Shown: positions 42,914 to 54,038 of the stretch, piece by piece | Layout of the letters: every line of letters starts with the position of its first letter | How positions within the stretch are numbered: the first letter of the stretch is position 1 | Program-made: the position numbers and the translations under genes | DNA from: Trypanosoma brucei | Lineage: Eukaryota | Length of the DNA stretch: 64,000 bases | Reading direction: 5' to 3' | Assembly: GCA_000002445.1 (NCBI GenBank) | Contig: CP000067.1 | Location: 832,001 to 896,000, forward strand | Notes under the pieces: model-generated | What the model was told of the DNA's origin: nothing | Seen by the model: only the letters and a program-made list of their open reading frames with translations | The model's database searches: none

Positions 42914-44167
42914 CTACGCAGCTTCCCTCGTATCGACAGGCGGGCGCTGCAATACGAAGAAAGCACAGCGATACAACAGCTGCTTCATACTGCGATAGTT
43001 GTTGGTGTACGTGGTGTCGATCAGGATCGGGTCACGACGAACGACAAAGCCAAAACGCATAGCAACTGTCAGCACCTCGGAAAGGGAAAGTTCAATTGAA
43101 TCGCCTTCGGCGTTGCCAGCGAAGTGGTAAAGCAGTGGCCCGCAGTTCACCCAAATCCCGCCGGGCACAAGCAAGTTGTACAAAATCTTGATGTATTCCA
43201 CGATGTTATGAGCAGTGTCGATGAAGAAGCAAGTGACCACCGCGTTCCATTTCTTCAACTGACTCCCCTTGGCGTAAACCTCCGTAAAGTCCCCTGCAAC
43301 CATGGAGAGTTCACCGAAGGAATACGGCTGTTGGCTACGGCGCCCCACTTCCTCACTGGCGCACAGGTCAGGAATGTTTAGCTCCACAAACTGGTGATCC
43401 CGCTCCACCAAGTTGCACGTATTATCCACATAAGGAAAAATAGTGTGCTGACCGGGCGCCACGACATGATTCTGTATGTAATGAGCCGCAATGAGCATAT
43501 GATAACTGAACTCATTACCCTGTGCTGAAAACCCGCGAAGAGCGAGCTCCACCACGAGACGGCAAAGCCCCGCACCAGGAACGAGGATCTGAACACCTGA
43601 GCGGCGGGACACGTCGGGGAAATGCTCTTCCAACGTCTGAAGCATCGGCTTGTACACGGCATCCCGCTCTGCTGCTCCTTCGGCTGACCAGTCGCGAACA
43701 AACTGCCGAAGTGTGGAAAAGACCTTGTCAATATCAAGCGGCGTTGGCGGTGGAACCTCCTCAGGAGTTACGGTGGTGCCGTTTGGCCAGTACGCGTCAA
43801 ACAGGCCCTTCGAGGCATCGCAGATGCATTCAAAAAATTCGCTGTTGGCCTCTATGCACTTTGCGTACTTGCCGAACGTAGCCTCCAGGTCAATGCACAG
43901 TACCTCCCTGTATTCATTGTTGAATTTGTTGAAGCTCGCTAGCCGCGCCTCCCGTGAGCTCATCGCGTACTTTATATACTCACGGAACGCCTTGACGGTG
44001 CGCATGAAACTGATATGATCATCGCGCATCTCTCTATCCCCAGAAGGTGACTGGTCGGACCAAGGAAGCTGACCGTGTGGGGGGCATGCCGAATCGTAAC
44101 AGAAATCTAAGCCTGGATCGTGCGGATACGGTGGTGGCGGACCAGGGTAGCGGTCGTCACCAAGCAT
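42914..44167 (-). CDS. N2227-like (carnosine N-methyltransferase/UPF0586 family) SAM-dependent methyltransferase
   Basis: ILVPGAGLCRLVVELALRGF (the SAM-binding GxGxG-like region), and the HMLIAAHYI and VTCFFIDTAHN blocks typical of the N2227 family. Confidence 0.7.
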   Translation of the reverse strand: MLGDDRYPGPPPPYPHDPGLDFCYDSACPPHGQLPWSDQSPSGDREMRDDHISFMRTVKAFREYIKYAMSSREARLASFNKFNNEYREVLCIDLEATFGKYAKCIEANSEFFECICDASKGLFDAYWPNGTTVTPEEVPPPTPLDIDKVFSTLRQFVRDWSAEGAAERDAVYKPMLQTLEEHFPDVSRRSGVQILVPGAGLCRLVVELALRGFSAQGNEFSYHMLIAAHYIQNHVVAPGQHTIFPYVDNTCNLVERDHQFVELNIPDLCASEEVGRRSQQPYSFGELSMVAGDFTEVYAKGSQLKKWNAVVTCFFIDTAHNIVEYIKILYNLLVPGGIWVNCGPLLYHFAGNAEGDSIELSLSEVLTVAMRFGFVVRRDPILIDTTYTNNYRSMKQLLYRCAFFVLQRPPVDTREAA

Positions 44168-44268
44168 CGCTGTGAAAGTGTGCCTCCTTATCTAAACACG
44201 TATTTTCGTTCATGTTGGAATCCAACGCATTTCATTAAAGCGTTGTCAGTAAAAGACGTGGAACAGCA

Positions 44269-44270
<2 letters not shown>

Positions 44271-44298
<28 letters not shown>
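44271..44298. repeat. (CA)14 microsatellite
   Basis: Direct read of cacaca... Confidence 0.9.
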
Positions 44299-44301
<3 letters not shown>

Positions 44302-44619
44302 AAATAAGAAGTGAAGGTAAAGAGTTGAATTGTAGAGGATGCAAGCATGTGGGAAAAAGCGCGAAACCAAGTAGAAAGGGGGATTCAATGAGCAGAGGGG
44401 TCCGTGATGAATTCAGAGGTCCCTTGAACGTGAGATCACAATTGCATAACCAAACACCAACACATACACAGGCTGATTCAAGCCCAACAAGCTCCCGTCG
44501 CATTGCCCACAACCATACGGATGGGCCACCATCTCGTCACTCCTTTACCCTCTGTGCAGCATATACAAACAAAAAAGGCAATGACGACGGGGAAAGCCCA
44601 ACCTGCATACGCATGGAGC

Positions 44620-45987
44620 TCACATCATAACCCCCCACTGACGGAGGTTGACATAATCCTCAATGTCCCGCTTCAAACGATAGAGCGCCTCATGAACCGC
44701 ATCCATAGCTGTGACAAGCTTCAGGCGAGGGGCCTCCTGCCTTTCGAACCAATTACGTAGTTCTTCGTTCAGCTCCCTCGTAAAGCGGTCCCCTTGAGTC
44801 TGACTCCACCCCCGCACTTCCTCACTTACTTCCTCCAACCGCTTTAGACGGTCGTGAATTTTCGTGTACTCACTCCGGAGAATCCCATAACGCTCTTGGG
44901 CTGTGGAAAGTTGTTCAGGGCTCATAATCGACATTGGGGGCAAGCTTTTGCCTGCTGACGCCCTCGCATTCTTTGCGGCGTCTTGCAGTTGCTTAAGCGC
45001 CTCCGCCGCCGCCGACGGCATCTCCCACGGTTCCTTCGTGAGGTCAGCATCGTTCCATCGAATGTAGCTCTGACTCATTGAAGTAAACATGACAACGTCG
45101 CCCTTTGCGGCAATACTCACAGCATTTTGTGCAGAGGACTTGAAACCCGAAGCACTGGGCTCCGCACCGTTCCCTTTATCTTCGTCGTCGTCACTGCCAC
45201 TGTTGTCATCCACATCATCGCGACCACGTTTACTCCTTGAGCTTCCTAATCCAGCCATAATACCTTTCGAGCACGCCGCAAGCAAAACGTCGCGGTCCGC
45301 GTACAAAGAAAAGCGATCCACAAGTACCTTATTATGAGCAATCTTCTGAAGGGCTCGATCGGCCACCTGCTGCTTAACAGCTTTGGAGTCATAACTCTCC
45401 ACGTCCACTAATTCGTAACCTGCTGCGGTGAGCTCGTACTGTCCGCGGCCGTTCATCGTGGTGAAGGCGTTCAGAACAGCCTTCAAGACTTTACCATCCT
45501 CCGAGGAGAAAAACCGCATAAGCTCACCACTTTCACGTGGGAGCGGGGCGAGATAGTGTACGATCCTCACAACCAAGGGTCGGTACTTGGTCAGTACCTC
45601 CGTAACGTTCATGATTGGAGGATTTAATGAACCATCCGATTGAACTGGAGCGGGGGCGTTCTCCTCAACTGTGGTATCCGCAAGGTCCTTCACCCGATGC
45701 ACTTCACTGCGGGTAATCCTACCGATGCGCGGAACACAAGCGGACCCACCCTCGCCCGTCCTCTGGTGACGAAACGACACCGGTTGAAGCTCTTTTCCAT
45801 CCGGCTTTGCATCCAACTCACACCTCCAGCTGCAGCAGTTGATGTCATCGTGGAAAACAACAACGCTGTCACCTTCCCAGTGGAGTTCGACCGCGCCGCC
45901 CCGAATGGCATCAATGAGGTCTTCGGGAAGGGTTCCAACCGCAGCTACCTTCATGACACCCCACACTGTATCTAACGCCAACCACAC
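44620..45987 (-). CDS. Conserved hypothetical protein with acidic D/E-rich stretch
   Basis: 455-aa ORF in the same orientation as its neighbours. It has an acidic stretch RDDVDDNSGSDDDEDKGN. No family is recognised. Confidence 0.55.
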   Translation of the reverse strand: MWLALDTVWGVMKVAAVGTLPEDLIDAIRGGAVELHWEGDSVVVFHDDINCCSWRCELDAKPDGKELQPVSFRHQRTGEGGSACVPRIGRITRSEVHRVKDLADTTVEENAPAPVQSDGSLNPPIMNVTEVLTKYRPLVVRIVHYLAPLPRESGELMRFFSSEDGKVLKAVLNAFTTMNGRGQYELTAAGYELVDVESYDSKAVKQQVADRALQKIAHNKVLVDRFSLYADRDVLLAACSKGIMAGLGSSRSKRGRDDVDDNSGSDDDEDKGNGAEPSASGFKSSAQNAVSIAAKGDVVMFTSMSQSYIRWNDADLTKEPWEMPSAAAEALKQLQDAAKNARASAGKSLPPMSIMSPEQLSTAQERYGILRSEYTKIHDRLKRLEEVSEEVRGWSQTQGDRFTRELNEELRNWFERQEAPRLKLVTAMDAVHEALYRLKRDIEDYVNLRQWGVMM

Positions 45988-46427
45988 CTGGCCGTTTGAG
46001 TACTCTCTCCTTCCTCCCCCACACCACTCGGCTCGTGGCTGCGCAAATTTATTAGCAGTGAAGACACAAAAAGGAGCGGAGGAAAAGGGTCAAGCGCGAG
46101 GATAATTTGAAAGAAAAAACGAAATTGAGCAAGAGAAAACATCTCTTCGCATGCTACTAGAGTGTCTCATGTGGAGTGGAGGGAGCAGATGACAGCTACA
46201 GTTAATCGCTTTGCCACCACAGAGTGGGGCTTACACACCTCAGGCACACGCACACAAATCACGAACTGAGTCAATTGTTGAAGATAATAATAATAAATAA
46301 AAGTGGTGATAGTGATAAGAATAATAATAATAATAGTGTCCTTTCTCCTTCCCATCGTGCAGGCAATCCGCGAGCGGCGCTCACCCCACTCCCAACTCTA
46401 GGGAAGCCGCTAGTGCAGAGGCCCTCC

Positions 46428-47384
46428 TCAGCCCTTCAATTCGTCGCCGCTCAGCACCCTCATTAGCTGTCGCCTACAATCATCATCTTCTAAGAGCTGA
46501 CTCTGCCACTGCGAAAGGCACCCCGGTTTCTCCTCCTGCAGTACCGCACGAACAGCTGACAAATTCTTAGCCGCAAGTGACAAAAGGGCCCGGGCAACCA
46601 CAACTTGGACCTCATCGTCGTCACTGTCAATCACCGCAGCTATGCGCTGCGTTAAGTCCGGTACGTCGACGGTCACAACCTCAGCAAGATATGACAGGAA
46701 GAACAACACACGCTTAACTATCTTATCGTTGCTGCGCGAACCGATACTGTCCACATCGAGAAAGCCCTTGATGATGTCGACACCATCTGCACGAGCAAAT
46801 AGCTGTGCATTCGGTGCATAATCACGACACAGACAGCTACATGCGTGGAGCAAAGCAGCAATAACGGCGGGATCTTCTTCCTTCATCAGCATGGGGACCA
46901 GTACACTTTGCCATTGTATTTCCTCAAAGCATTTCTGTGCACGTTCATTGAGCTGCGCAGCGTGAGCAACAACCATCGCAGCAGCCTGCCGTATCTCCGC
47001 GCTCCCAGCGGCCAGCTTTCGCTTATGCATGAAATCCAGGATAATCCGGTGACCGCCACCGAGGACGAACTCGACAGCCCAGTTGGTGTCCTCAACCATG
47101 TCGCTCAACTCTTCCAAATGCTCCAAACAGACATCCTCAGAAAGGCCCTCACCCGCTACGGCATCCAATATGCGCCTTATTTTCCTCTCCGGCTGCTCCA
47201 CGGATGCTAGTGCTTCCCTCAACCATTGCATTTCCTCCGGACTACGCTTCGGGAGGTTACTTTCACCGCTACTCGCTTTCGGCCCATTGTCCAGTCGCGT
47301 ACAAAAGTCGAGTAACGCTGTGTTTATGCACGTGTTGCTTGACATGTGTGCTTCCGAGCCTGTATGAATTGCGTATATGTACAA
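46428..47384 (-). CDS. Armadillo-repeat Hsp70 nucleotide-exchange-factor-like protein (Fes1/HspBP1-like)
   Basis: ARM/HEAT-like repeat pattern with an N-terminal Fes1-like segment (PEEMQWLREAL). The true start is possibly the internal MSSNTCIN at 47345. Confidence 0.55.
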   Translation of the reverse strand: MYIYAIHTGSEAHMSSNTCINTALLDFCTRLDNGPKASSGESNLPKRSPEEMQWLREALASVEQPERKIRRILDAVAGEGLSEDVCLEHLEELSDMVEDTNWAVEFVLGGGHRIILDFMHKRKLAAGSAEIRQAAAMVVAHAAQLNERAQKCFEEIQWQSVLVPMLMKEEDPAVIAALLHACSCLCRDYAPNAQLFARADGVDIIKGFLDVDSIGSRSNDKIVKRVLFFLSYLAEVVTVDVPDLTQRIAAVIDSDDDEVQVVVARALLSLAAKNLSAVRAVLQEEKPGCLSQWQSQLLEDDDCRRQLMRVLSGDELKG

Positions 47385-47883
47385 TCACCTACTCGAACGA
47401 CCTTCCAGGCTTTACAAATTACAATAAAGGCACCAATTACTTTTCGCCTTCGCTGCCCTCAGAGATGGGTAGTTGTCTCACAAGTTATTTACCTCTTGAC
47501 GAACAGAAATGTAATTTCTTAATGTTGTGAAAGCGGAAGATCTATTTCACAACGTCAGGCGGCAAACAACAAAACACGCAAGGAAAAAAGGGAGTGTGAG
47601 ACGCGGGAAATACATGTGGTAATCAAGTGAATGGAAAGGGTAGAAAAAGCCGGGCCCAGCAGCAGTAACAAAAAAAATGACGTTACCAATGGCAGCACGA
47701 GTATCGAAAGGGTAGCAGGAAAGCCAGCCCTGCTCGCACAACTGCATAACTTTATGGCGACTCCGGTGAGCCACCTGAGCATGTACACAAATCATTTAAC
47801 AAACAGAAGTATAGCAAAGCAAAGAAATAGGGTTAAAAGCCCCCTCGCCCCCACATCGCCAGAGTGGTAAAAGCCGCAACGGC

Positions 47884-47907
47884 ACACACACACACACACA
47901 CACACAC
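47884..47907. repeat. (CA)12 microsatellite
   Basis: Direct read of cacaca... Confidence 0.9.
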
Positions 47908-48013
47908 AAGCTGTCATTTATCATTTGGCGCCCCTCATGGGCAGGGCACACCTCAGCCTGGCGCGGCCACGTTCTCACCGAAAGCACGTTCCAACGCTAC
48001 CATCTGTTACTAA

Positions 48014-51000
48014 TTACCGCTTTGACCGTTGCTCCACGACCCGTGCCTCCGCCTCCCGGCGTTCCCTTGCAGCGTTCTCTTGATGCAACCGTTCCGCTTC
48101 AGCGGCCTCCGCAGCAGCCGCACGCGCCCTACGGCGCTCTTCCACAATTCTTTTGTGTTCCTCTTCTCGCTCCCTCTCCCTTTCGGCCTCGCGGGCACGC
48201 TCCTCCTCCTCCTCCTTTCGTCGCTGCTCGGCTACGGCCTGCCGCCGCTGCTCTCGTGCTGCCTCGATGGCGTCTATTGTTTCTTTTGTAATTCCCGCGG
48301 GTGCGCTCACCACCAGAGTGTTAGGGCCTCCAGGAGTTATGGTTGTGTCCGAGCTGGAGGAATAGGGTATTGCTGTCAGTTGCCGCTGTTGTTCCTCTCC
48401 GAAGAGGTTATACCCCAGTGAGTCGTTAATATTCATGTGTAACTTGTTGCCCATTAGCTGATGGTAAGCCTTACGTAAAACTGCCACCATCTCTGTTTTC
48501 ATTGGGCTCAGTAGCACTATGTCCTCGACAGGCTCGTAAGGTTCCCCACTCACGCAGTTCGGACAAACCCTCACATCTTTGCCACCTGCAAGTAGCATGG
48601 GCAACGGCCGAGAAAACGGCAAGCAGTTCTTTAAACAACACAGACGACCGCACCCGGGGCAGTTCTGTTTCTTCGTCGCAGGCGTTAGCTTGCATCCACA
48701 GCATTCACAGGAACGTGTTGATTTGATCGGAGTGCATATAACAGTTCTGTAAGGGACAGATGGTTGATAAGTGTGAATTACAAGGACGGTGTCAGCATGC
48801 TTTGTTACAGAGAGCCCTGAGAGTAAACGAAGATCGATACGCTTCTGCAAGACAAACTGCACAGTCGAGCTAGCCGGAATGGGGGCAGAACCCGTGACCT
48901 TCTTTTTCGGCCCCTTCTCGGCTGGCGGAGGTAACGACTTGATCCGCTCGGTGAACAGGTACAGAGCCATATCTGTTACAATAAGAATATCCGTTTCAAT
49001 CAATGCCTGTTGGTGGTCGTACACACGCTCAACAGTGGCAGTGAAAAGAATCCTCCGCTGTTGCATCTCCCGCGGGCATTCCCATTGGCTCTGCTCGAGA
49101 ATGTAATTGTAATAATACTTCTTTCCACCATCGCTCCAATACTCTTTCCACGCACCCCCCACGGGGTCGTAATCGACAATGGGATGCATAGGCGCCAGCT
49201 GAGTACGATAGTCTAAATATTCACCAAGGTAAGGACGAAAAACACTGTCTGCCCGCCGCACTTTTGACGCCTTGGTATACATTCTCCCCATACCTGCCTT
49301 CAATAAAATGCCGTGCTTGTTCTGCAGGTACCGCCGCCACGCACGTTGGATCTTGTACACTATATCACTGAGTGCGGCGTCGCGAAGTTCCTCGAGGATG
49401 GACAAATGTTGTGGTTGTCGGATGAACAACTTTTGCTGTCCAAGCTGCCAAGACCCATCCGGCAGACGGCCACCAACCTGTTTAAGAATGGCGGCACATG
49501 CGTCGCGATCAGAGCCTTTGAACGGGCGGGGAAACGTCGCTGAACTGAGGTACTTAAAGCGCTTGATAAACTTATCAAAGTGTTTTCGGTAGCTGTAACC
49601 GGCCCGCCTCACGCGTAGATTTTCCAGAAGCCCCAAGTACTTCACCTGATGTTGCACCCTCGCCTCGTCAATGAAATCAGCCCTCTTCTCGTCATTGGAT
49701 TTGATAGTACGCAGATAATGAGGATTACACGCCATGAGCGTCTTGACAAGGTGACCGGCCTGCTGACGTATCTTTGACCCCGCAGTTGTTGACCGTTTCT
49801 TCCTCCCCCCGGCACCCGAAACGGCAGCACTTTCCGCCTCCGCCGCCTCATTGAGTGTCTCTGCAAGAATATCTAGTATAAAACGGTTTGTCACGGAGCG
49901 GAGGAGTCCAATGAGATCGGGACTGAGTGTGTCTTTATTCCGGTTCGTAAAACCGTCAGCGTCATAGTGCACATCACCTGCATAGTGTTTGACAAAGAAA
50001 CCTCGCTCCGTCCTGTTGAAATGACGGTTTCCCGCGTGCACGGCGTCTAGCTTGTCAAGCATCTTAATATCAGCAACAGACTCCTTCTCCTTCGCCATCG
50101 TGGCGCACACATCGTCGAAGATTGGGAAGAGTCCCGGTGGTTGCATCCCTTCAATAAGATCACAGACAACTTTGTTGTTAAAATACTTGATTTCCTCCCA
50201 AGGTATCTTCTCTCGCACGTACTCTTCTTGTTCGACCTTCAGAGTTAGCTCGATGAATATCTGCTGTAACTTTTCATTGACGTAGTTGATACAAAACTGT
50301 TCAAACCCATTCTTGTTGAATACCTCAAATCCATAAATGTCGAGAACACCCAACATCAAATCATACTGCTTCTTCCCTAGCGCAGTGTTCACAGAATCCA
50401 CTACAAAATCGAAGAGATAATGGTAGAGTGTCTTCGCCATTGCGTCCCTCGTGTTGCGGCATTGCTGCGCATCCAATGGAACGTCCACCACCTCATTGGC
50501 GCCCATGGCAAGTCGTCGCTTAGTGAACGCCTTCTCCATTGCTGCCGCGTCTGCTCCGAGTAATCCAGCGCAGAATTCCAACTCGTCACGGTTCGATACA
50601 ACGAGGGTGTTTGAGTCACCTCCCGCGGCAGACGCTGAAGAGGGGGGCCCAAACTGCAGCTCGCCTAAATGCAGGATGAGAGAAAGAGTTTCAAAAATGG
50701 CCTGCTGCTTTTCAGGCGTAAGCATCAAAGTTTCCATCGAGGTGAGCATCTCCTCCCAGCCCCTCACATCATCAATGCCACTGCGGTCATGCACTCCACC
50801 TTGGTTGAGGTACGCAAAGTTACCCGGGTCCCGCAGCCTAAGCTTCTCGCGGAGCTCCGGTTTGGCCCCGCAGCACATTTGATAAAACACATGGAAGTTG
50901 CGCTCTCCCTTCTGTTGACTAACAACACGTGACTTCTCTAGAAGGAAGTTTGACAAGCGGCCGCCAATAGGACCACCCATCTGATCGAAAAAAATTTCAA

Positions 51001-51517
51001 AGAACTTCCCGAAACGAGAGCTGTTGTCGTTTCTCACTGTCTTCGCATTTCCAAACGCCTCTAGTACAGGATTAGAGGCTAAAATGATGTGCTTCACCCT
51101 CTGCATCTCCTCTGTATCCCCCGAAACGGCGGAAATGTACCGCATGATGTGTTTAGAGGCCTCCGTCTTCCCCGCACCCGACTCACCCGAAATGATAACA
51201 CATTGATTCTCTCCATCAGACACCATGGTGCGGTATGTCTCCTCTGCGAGACCGAAGATGTGTGGCCCACCGTAGCTGCCGCTGCCCTCGCCTTTTCCGC
51301 CGTTTCGGAAGTATGCTACACACTCATCGCTGTAAAGATTAGGAATGTTCTTGAATGGGTTCACACTCAGCAAAACAGAACCGATACTCGTGTATATCAA
51401 ATCTTTACTGTGACGTAACTTGAGGTTCTCCATGATGGCTTTGTCTGAGAGCTGCGGGAGGAGCACGAGGTCCTCCACCCCAACCATCGGCTGTTTATTA
51501 AGGTCCAGATGCGCCAT
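48014..51517 (-). CDS. MYO1: Class I-like myosin heavy chain with WW-like and FYVE-like zinc-finger tail
   Basis: 1167 aa. P-loop GESGAGKT and the LEAFGNAKT and switch-II (DIYGFE) motifs. WW-like YYYNYILEQSQWECP. Cys-rich segment CECCGCK...CPGCGRLCC...VCPNC. C-terminal E/R-rich coiled region. Confidence 0.9.
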   Translation of the reverse strand: MAHLDLNKQPMVGVEDLVLLPQLSDKAIMENLKLRHSKDLIYTSIGSVLLSVNPFKNIPNLYSDECVAYFRNGGKGEGSGSYGGPHIFGLAEETYRTMVSDGENQCVIISGESGAGKTEASKHIMRYISAVSGDTEEMQRVKHIILASNPVLEAFGNAKTVRNDNSSRFGKFFEIFFDQMGGPIGGRLSNFLLEKSRVVSQQKGERNFHVFYQMCCGAKPELREKLRLRDPGNFAYLNQGGVHDRSGIDDVRGWEEMLTSMETLMLTPEKQQAIFETLSLILHLGELQFGPPSSASAAGGDSNTLVVSNRDELEFCAGLLGADAAAMEKAFTKRRLAMGANEVVDVPLDAQQCRNTRDAMAKTLYHYLFDFVVDSVNTALGKKQYDLMLGVLDIYGFEVFNKNGFEQFCINYVNEKLQQIFIELTLKVEQEEYVREKIPWEEIKYFNNKVVCDLIEGMQPPGLFPIFDDVCATMAKEKESVADIKMLDKLDAVHAGNRHFNRTERGFFVKHYAGDVHYDADGFTNRNKDTLSPDLIGLLRSVTNRFILDILAETLNEAAEAESAAVSGAGGRKKRSTTAGSKIRQQAGHLVKTLMACNPHYLRTIKSNDEKRADFIDEARVQHQVKYLGLLENLRVRRAGYSYRKHFDKFIKRFKYLSSATFPRPFKGSDRDACAAILKQVGGRLPDGSWQLGQQKLFIRQPQHLSILEELRDAALSDIVYKIQRAWRRYLQNKHGILLKAGMGRMYTKASKVRRADSVFRPYLGEYLDYRTQLAPMHPIVDYDPVGGAWKEYWSDGGKKYYYNYILEQSQWECPREMQQRRILFTATVERVYDHQQALIETDILIVTDMALYLFTERIKSLPPPAEKGPKKKVTGSAPIPASSTVQFVLQKRIDLRLLSGLSVTKHADTVLVIHTYQPSVPYRTVICTPIKSTRSCECCGCKLTPATKKQNCPGCGRLCCLKNCLPFSRPLPMLLAGGKDVRVCPNCVSGEPYEPVEDIVLLSPMKTEMVAVLRKAYHQLMGNKLHMNINDSLGYNLFGEEQQRQLTAIPYSSSSDTTITPGGPNTLVVSAPAGITKETIDAIEAAREQRRQAVAEQRRKEEEEERAREAEREREREEEHKRIVEERRRARAAAAEAAEAERLHQENAARERREAEARVVEQRSKR

Positions 51518-52010
51518 TATAACGATTTTTGTTTTATATCATCAACTGGGATATTTATGTATTATTCCCACCTAACCCCTTCCTTTTTACGCTTTTTATG
51601 TGTTCAGGGGCCTAGCAACCTTACCCTTCGCCATCATCACAGTAAGCGCACACACGAAGTAATATAAATAAATAAATAGTGAAAACAGCAAAGGATATGG
51701 CTGGGTACAATAGGAGGTGAATGGGTAAAGGGGTTTCAGAGTCGATGAAAGGAAAAAAAAGAAAAAAAACAGAGAAAATGTTAATCAATTTTTCTTTTTG
51801 GTCACTGTCAATGTTACAGTTGATTCACAGATTTCAGAGAGGGACCTAAAACGGACTCCCCCCTGCACAGCGAAAGGAAAAAAAAACTTCATAACTCTGC
51901 GTAAATTTCAAATGAAGAAGGCTTCGCAGCAACGGTGCGGCAAGCAACCAACACATACACTTACACAAAAACCAAAAGCGGCACTCTTCCAGACTGCGTG
52001 TTGCATTGAC

Positions 52011-54038
52011 CTATTGCCAGCAGCGAGCCGCCGTGTGGAAAACTTTCTGGTGAAACATCCAAACATCAGATACAGGATTGTACATAACAATGTCCCGCAG
52101 TGCCTCACTGCGCAGGCTGGAGTAATCGTACCCCTCCCGCTGTCCGGCCTCGAAAGGAAACTTCGCGAGATTAATGACGGCCTCGCGAAGAGACGGGTCC
52201 TTCGACCACGCAGCCTCCAACTGTCGCATGGCCTTGACAAGCTTCTGATTAGTATATGCGCTTGCCGACATCCTCCCGTGCTGCACCGTAGCAAAAAGTT
52301 CATCAATGTCGTTGCTGTTGGTCCCAGCGACTTCGACGAAGTTGAGAAATTCTAGCGGATCGATCATGTGGTTTGTGTAGCGGAAGGCCTCTCCCACGGA
52401 GAAGTTAGGTATCAAATGGAAGTCCAGACGGGGAAGGGCAGTCATCGCAAGCGTCAGACTTTCGATGGGCACCTCAATCACAACGTGGCAGAGCCTGCGG
52501 TCGCATGCAAGAGCCACAAGCTCATTGTAAACACGCATCAACGAGCTTCCTTCGCACAACTTAACTACAAACAACGGCGACACGCCATTCATTGCCTTTT
52601 TGGCGCGTTCTGAGGCATCAACAATGAAGTCAAGTAAATCACCGCATGCCTCGATATTTTGTACACCCAACGATTTCACTATCGAGCGGACAGGGTCTTC
52701 GTTCGCGCGAATGTCAACGAGGACAGCCGCCATCTTCTCCTTACGAATGGCCGAACGAACCAAAGAACTCTTGCCACAGCCGTGAAACCCGGAGAAGACA
52801 ATGATTCGTGGGTGCGTGACGTCCTGTTGGCGCAGTATCTGCCGCACCCGCTGCTCTTCGGCCTCACGTGGAACGGTCCCTTTGATGGGATGCCGCACAG
52901 TTCGCTGAGAAAGTGTGTTTGCCGCGATTGCCAGCTGGTAGGACCGCTGCTGTTTCGTGTAGTTCTTGAAGTTCCACCCAAAGACAGACATAACACCAAG
53001 TACTGCCACACATGCACTGAACACGCCGCTGTACTTTGTGAGGACATAACGCAACTCCTTCTCTTTCATGCGTTCCTTGATCTCCTCACGCCGGTGACGG
53101 TGCTGGTCGCGCTCCCATTCAGACTTCTCCAAAACACTCATGCGAACCGATTTGTTAAGGTGCGAGAGGCAGTGCACATCTGCACTTTCTAAAAGGTACA
53201 ACTTGTCCGCTCGCCAGCCACGGTGGTAGAGAATGCATGATGTGCTCTCTTGGTCAGACCGTCGGTCCACACCCGCTGACTTTACCCACTCCAAAACTTC
53301 CTGAAACTTCTCGTTGGAGATGAATTTTGACCTCCCTTCGGAGAGCATGATCACTTCGCGGGGCACCGCAAGATCAAACCGGTCATCATCCAACAATACA
53401 CCAAATGTTCCATTACCATTAACCTTAGCCACCAAACCACCAATTATAGTACCACCACCATTTGAATAGGGACAGAAGGGTCCGGCAGTAACCGGAGCGG
53501 TGGTGCCGCCACCTCCTCCTCCTCCTCCCCCTCCTCCTACCGCCGCCCCGGCTGACCCCTCTGCTCCTCCCACTGGTTGCTGCTCAACACCTTCCCCTTT
53601 AGGGGACGAAAGATTAACTGGTGCTGTTATCTCATTGCCACTTGTATTGGATGTGTTTGAGTGATTCAACACATCTGGAGCTGTAGAATCCTTTGGGGTC
53701 GGGGCCTCCTTGCGGCAGGAGACGTACACTCGTGATCCAACCTCAATAACAGGTGAAAGCGCAATCTCCTTGAAGAAGACAGCATAGACGGACTCTGATA
53801 TTTGTGCTGTTATGTGGCCAATAGCAATGGGCTCGTCGGTGCTCGCCGTCTCAGAATTGCGAAAGTACGCAGCAACGCCAAGACCCTGCAAACTCATTTG
53901 CGTCGCCGCGTCACGGCTGCAGTCTGCGGTGGATGTTGAGATCCCCACATCCGATGAGGAAGGTTTTGACGCAGTTGGAGGCGTCCTGCTCGCCGAGGCC
54001 GAAGCGATCCGCATTACACGCCATGTCCGCCGCCACAT
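52011..54038 (-). CDS. Hypothetical P-loop NTPase-like protein with poly-Gly tract and a TM segment
   Basis: 675 aa. Walker A-like FSGFHGCGKSSLV. A GGGGGGGGGGG run. One hydrophobic helix (VFSACVAVLGVMSVFGW). Confidence 0.6.
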   Translation of the reverse strand: MWRRTWRVMRIASASASRTPPTASKPSSSDVGISTSTADCSRDAATQMSLQGLGVAAYFRNSETASTDEPIAIGHITAQISESVYAVFFKEIALSPVIEVGSRVYVSCRKEAPTPKDSTAPDVLNHSNTSNTSGNEITAPVNLSSPKGEGVEQQPVGGAEGSAGAAVGGGGGGGGGGGTTAPVTAGPFCPYSNGGGTIIGGLVAKVNGNGTFGVLLDDDRFDLAVPREVIMLSEGRSKFISNEKFQEVLEWVKSAGVDRRSDQESTSCILYHRGWRADKLYLLESADVHCLSHLNKSVRMSVLEKSEWERDQHRHRREEIKERMKEKELRYVLTKYSGVFSACVAVLGVMSVFGWNFKNYTKQQRSYQLAIAANTLSQRTVRHPIKGTVPREAEEQRVRQILRQQDVTHPRIIVFSGFHGCGKSSLVRSAIRKEKMAAVLVDIRANEDPVRSIVKSLGVQNIEACGDLLDFIVDASERAKKAMNGVSPLFVVKLCEGSSLMRVYNELVALACDRRLCHVVIEVPIESLTLAMTALPRLDFHLIPNFSVGEAFRYTNHMIDPLEFLNFVEVAGTNSNDIDELFATVQHGRMSASAYTNQKLVKAMRQLEAAWSKDPSLREAVINLAKFPFEAGQREGYDYSSLRSEALRDIVMYNPVSDVWMFHQKVFHTAARCWQ

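Noticed and set aside
43522-44018. Two plus-strand ORFs of 119 and 122 aa
   Set aside because: They are antisense inside the N2227-like methyltransferase gene.
52659-53192. 177-aa plus-strand ORF
   Set aside because: It is antisense within the 675-aa minus-strand gene. The GC-rich coding region gives long spurious antisense frames.
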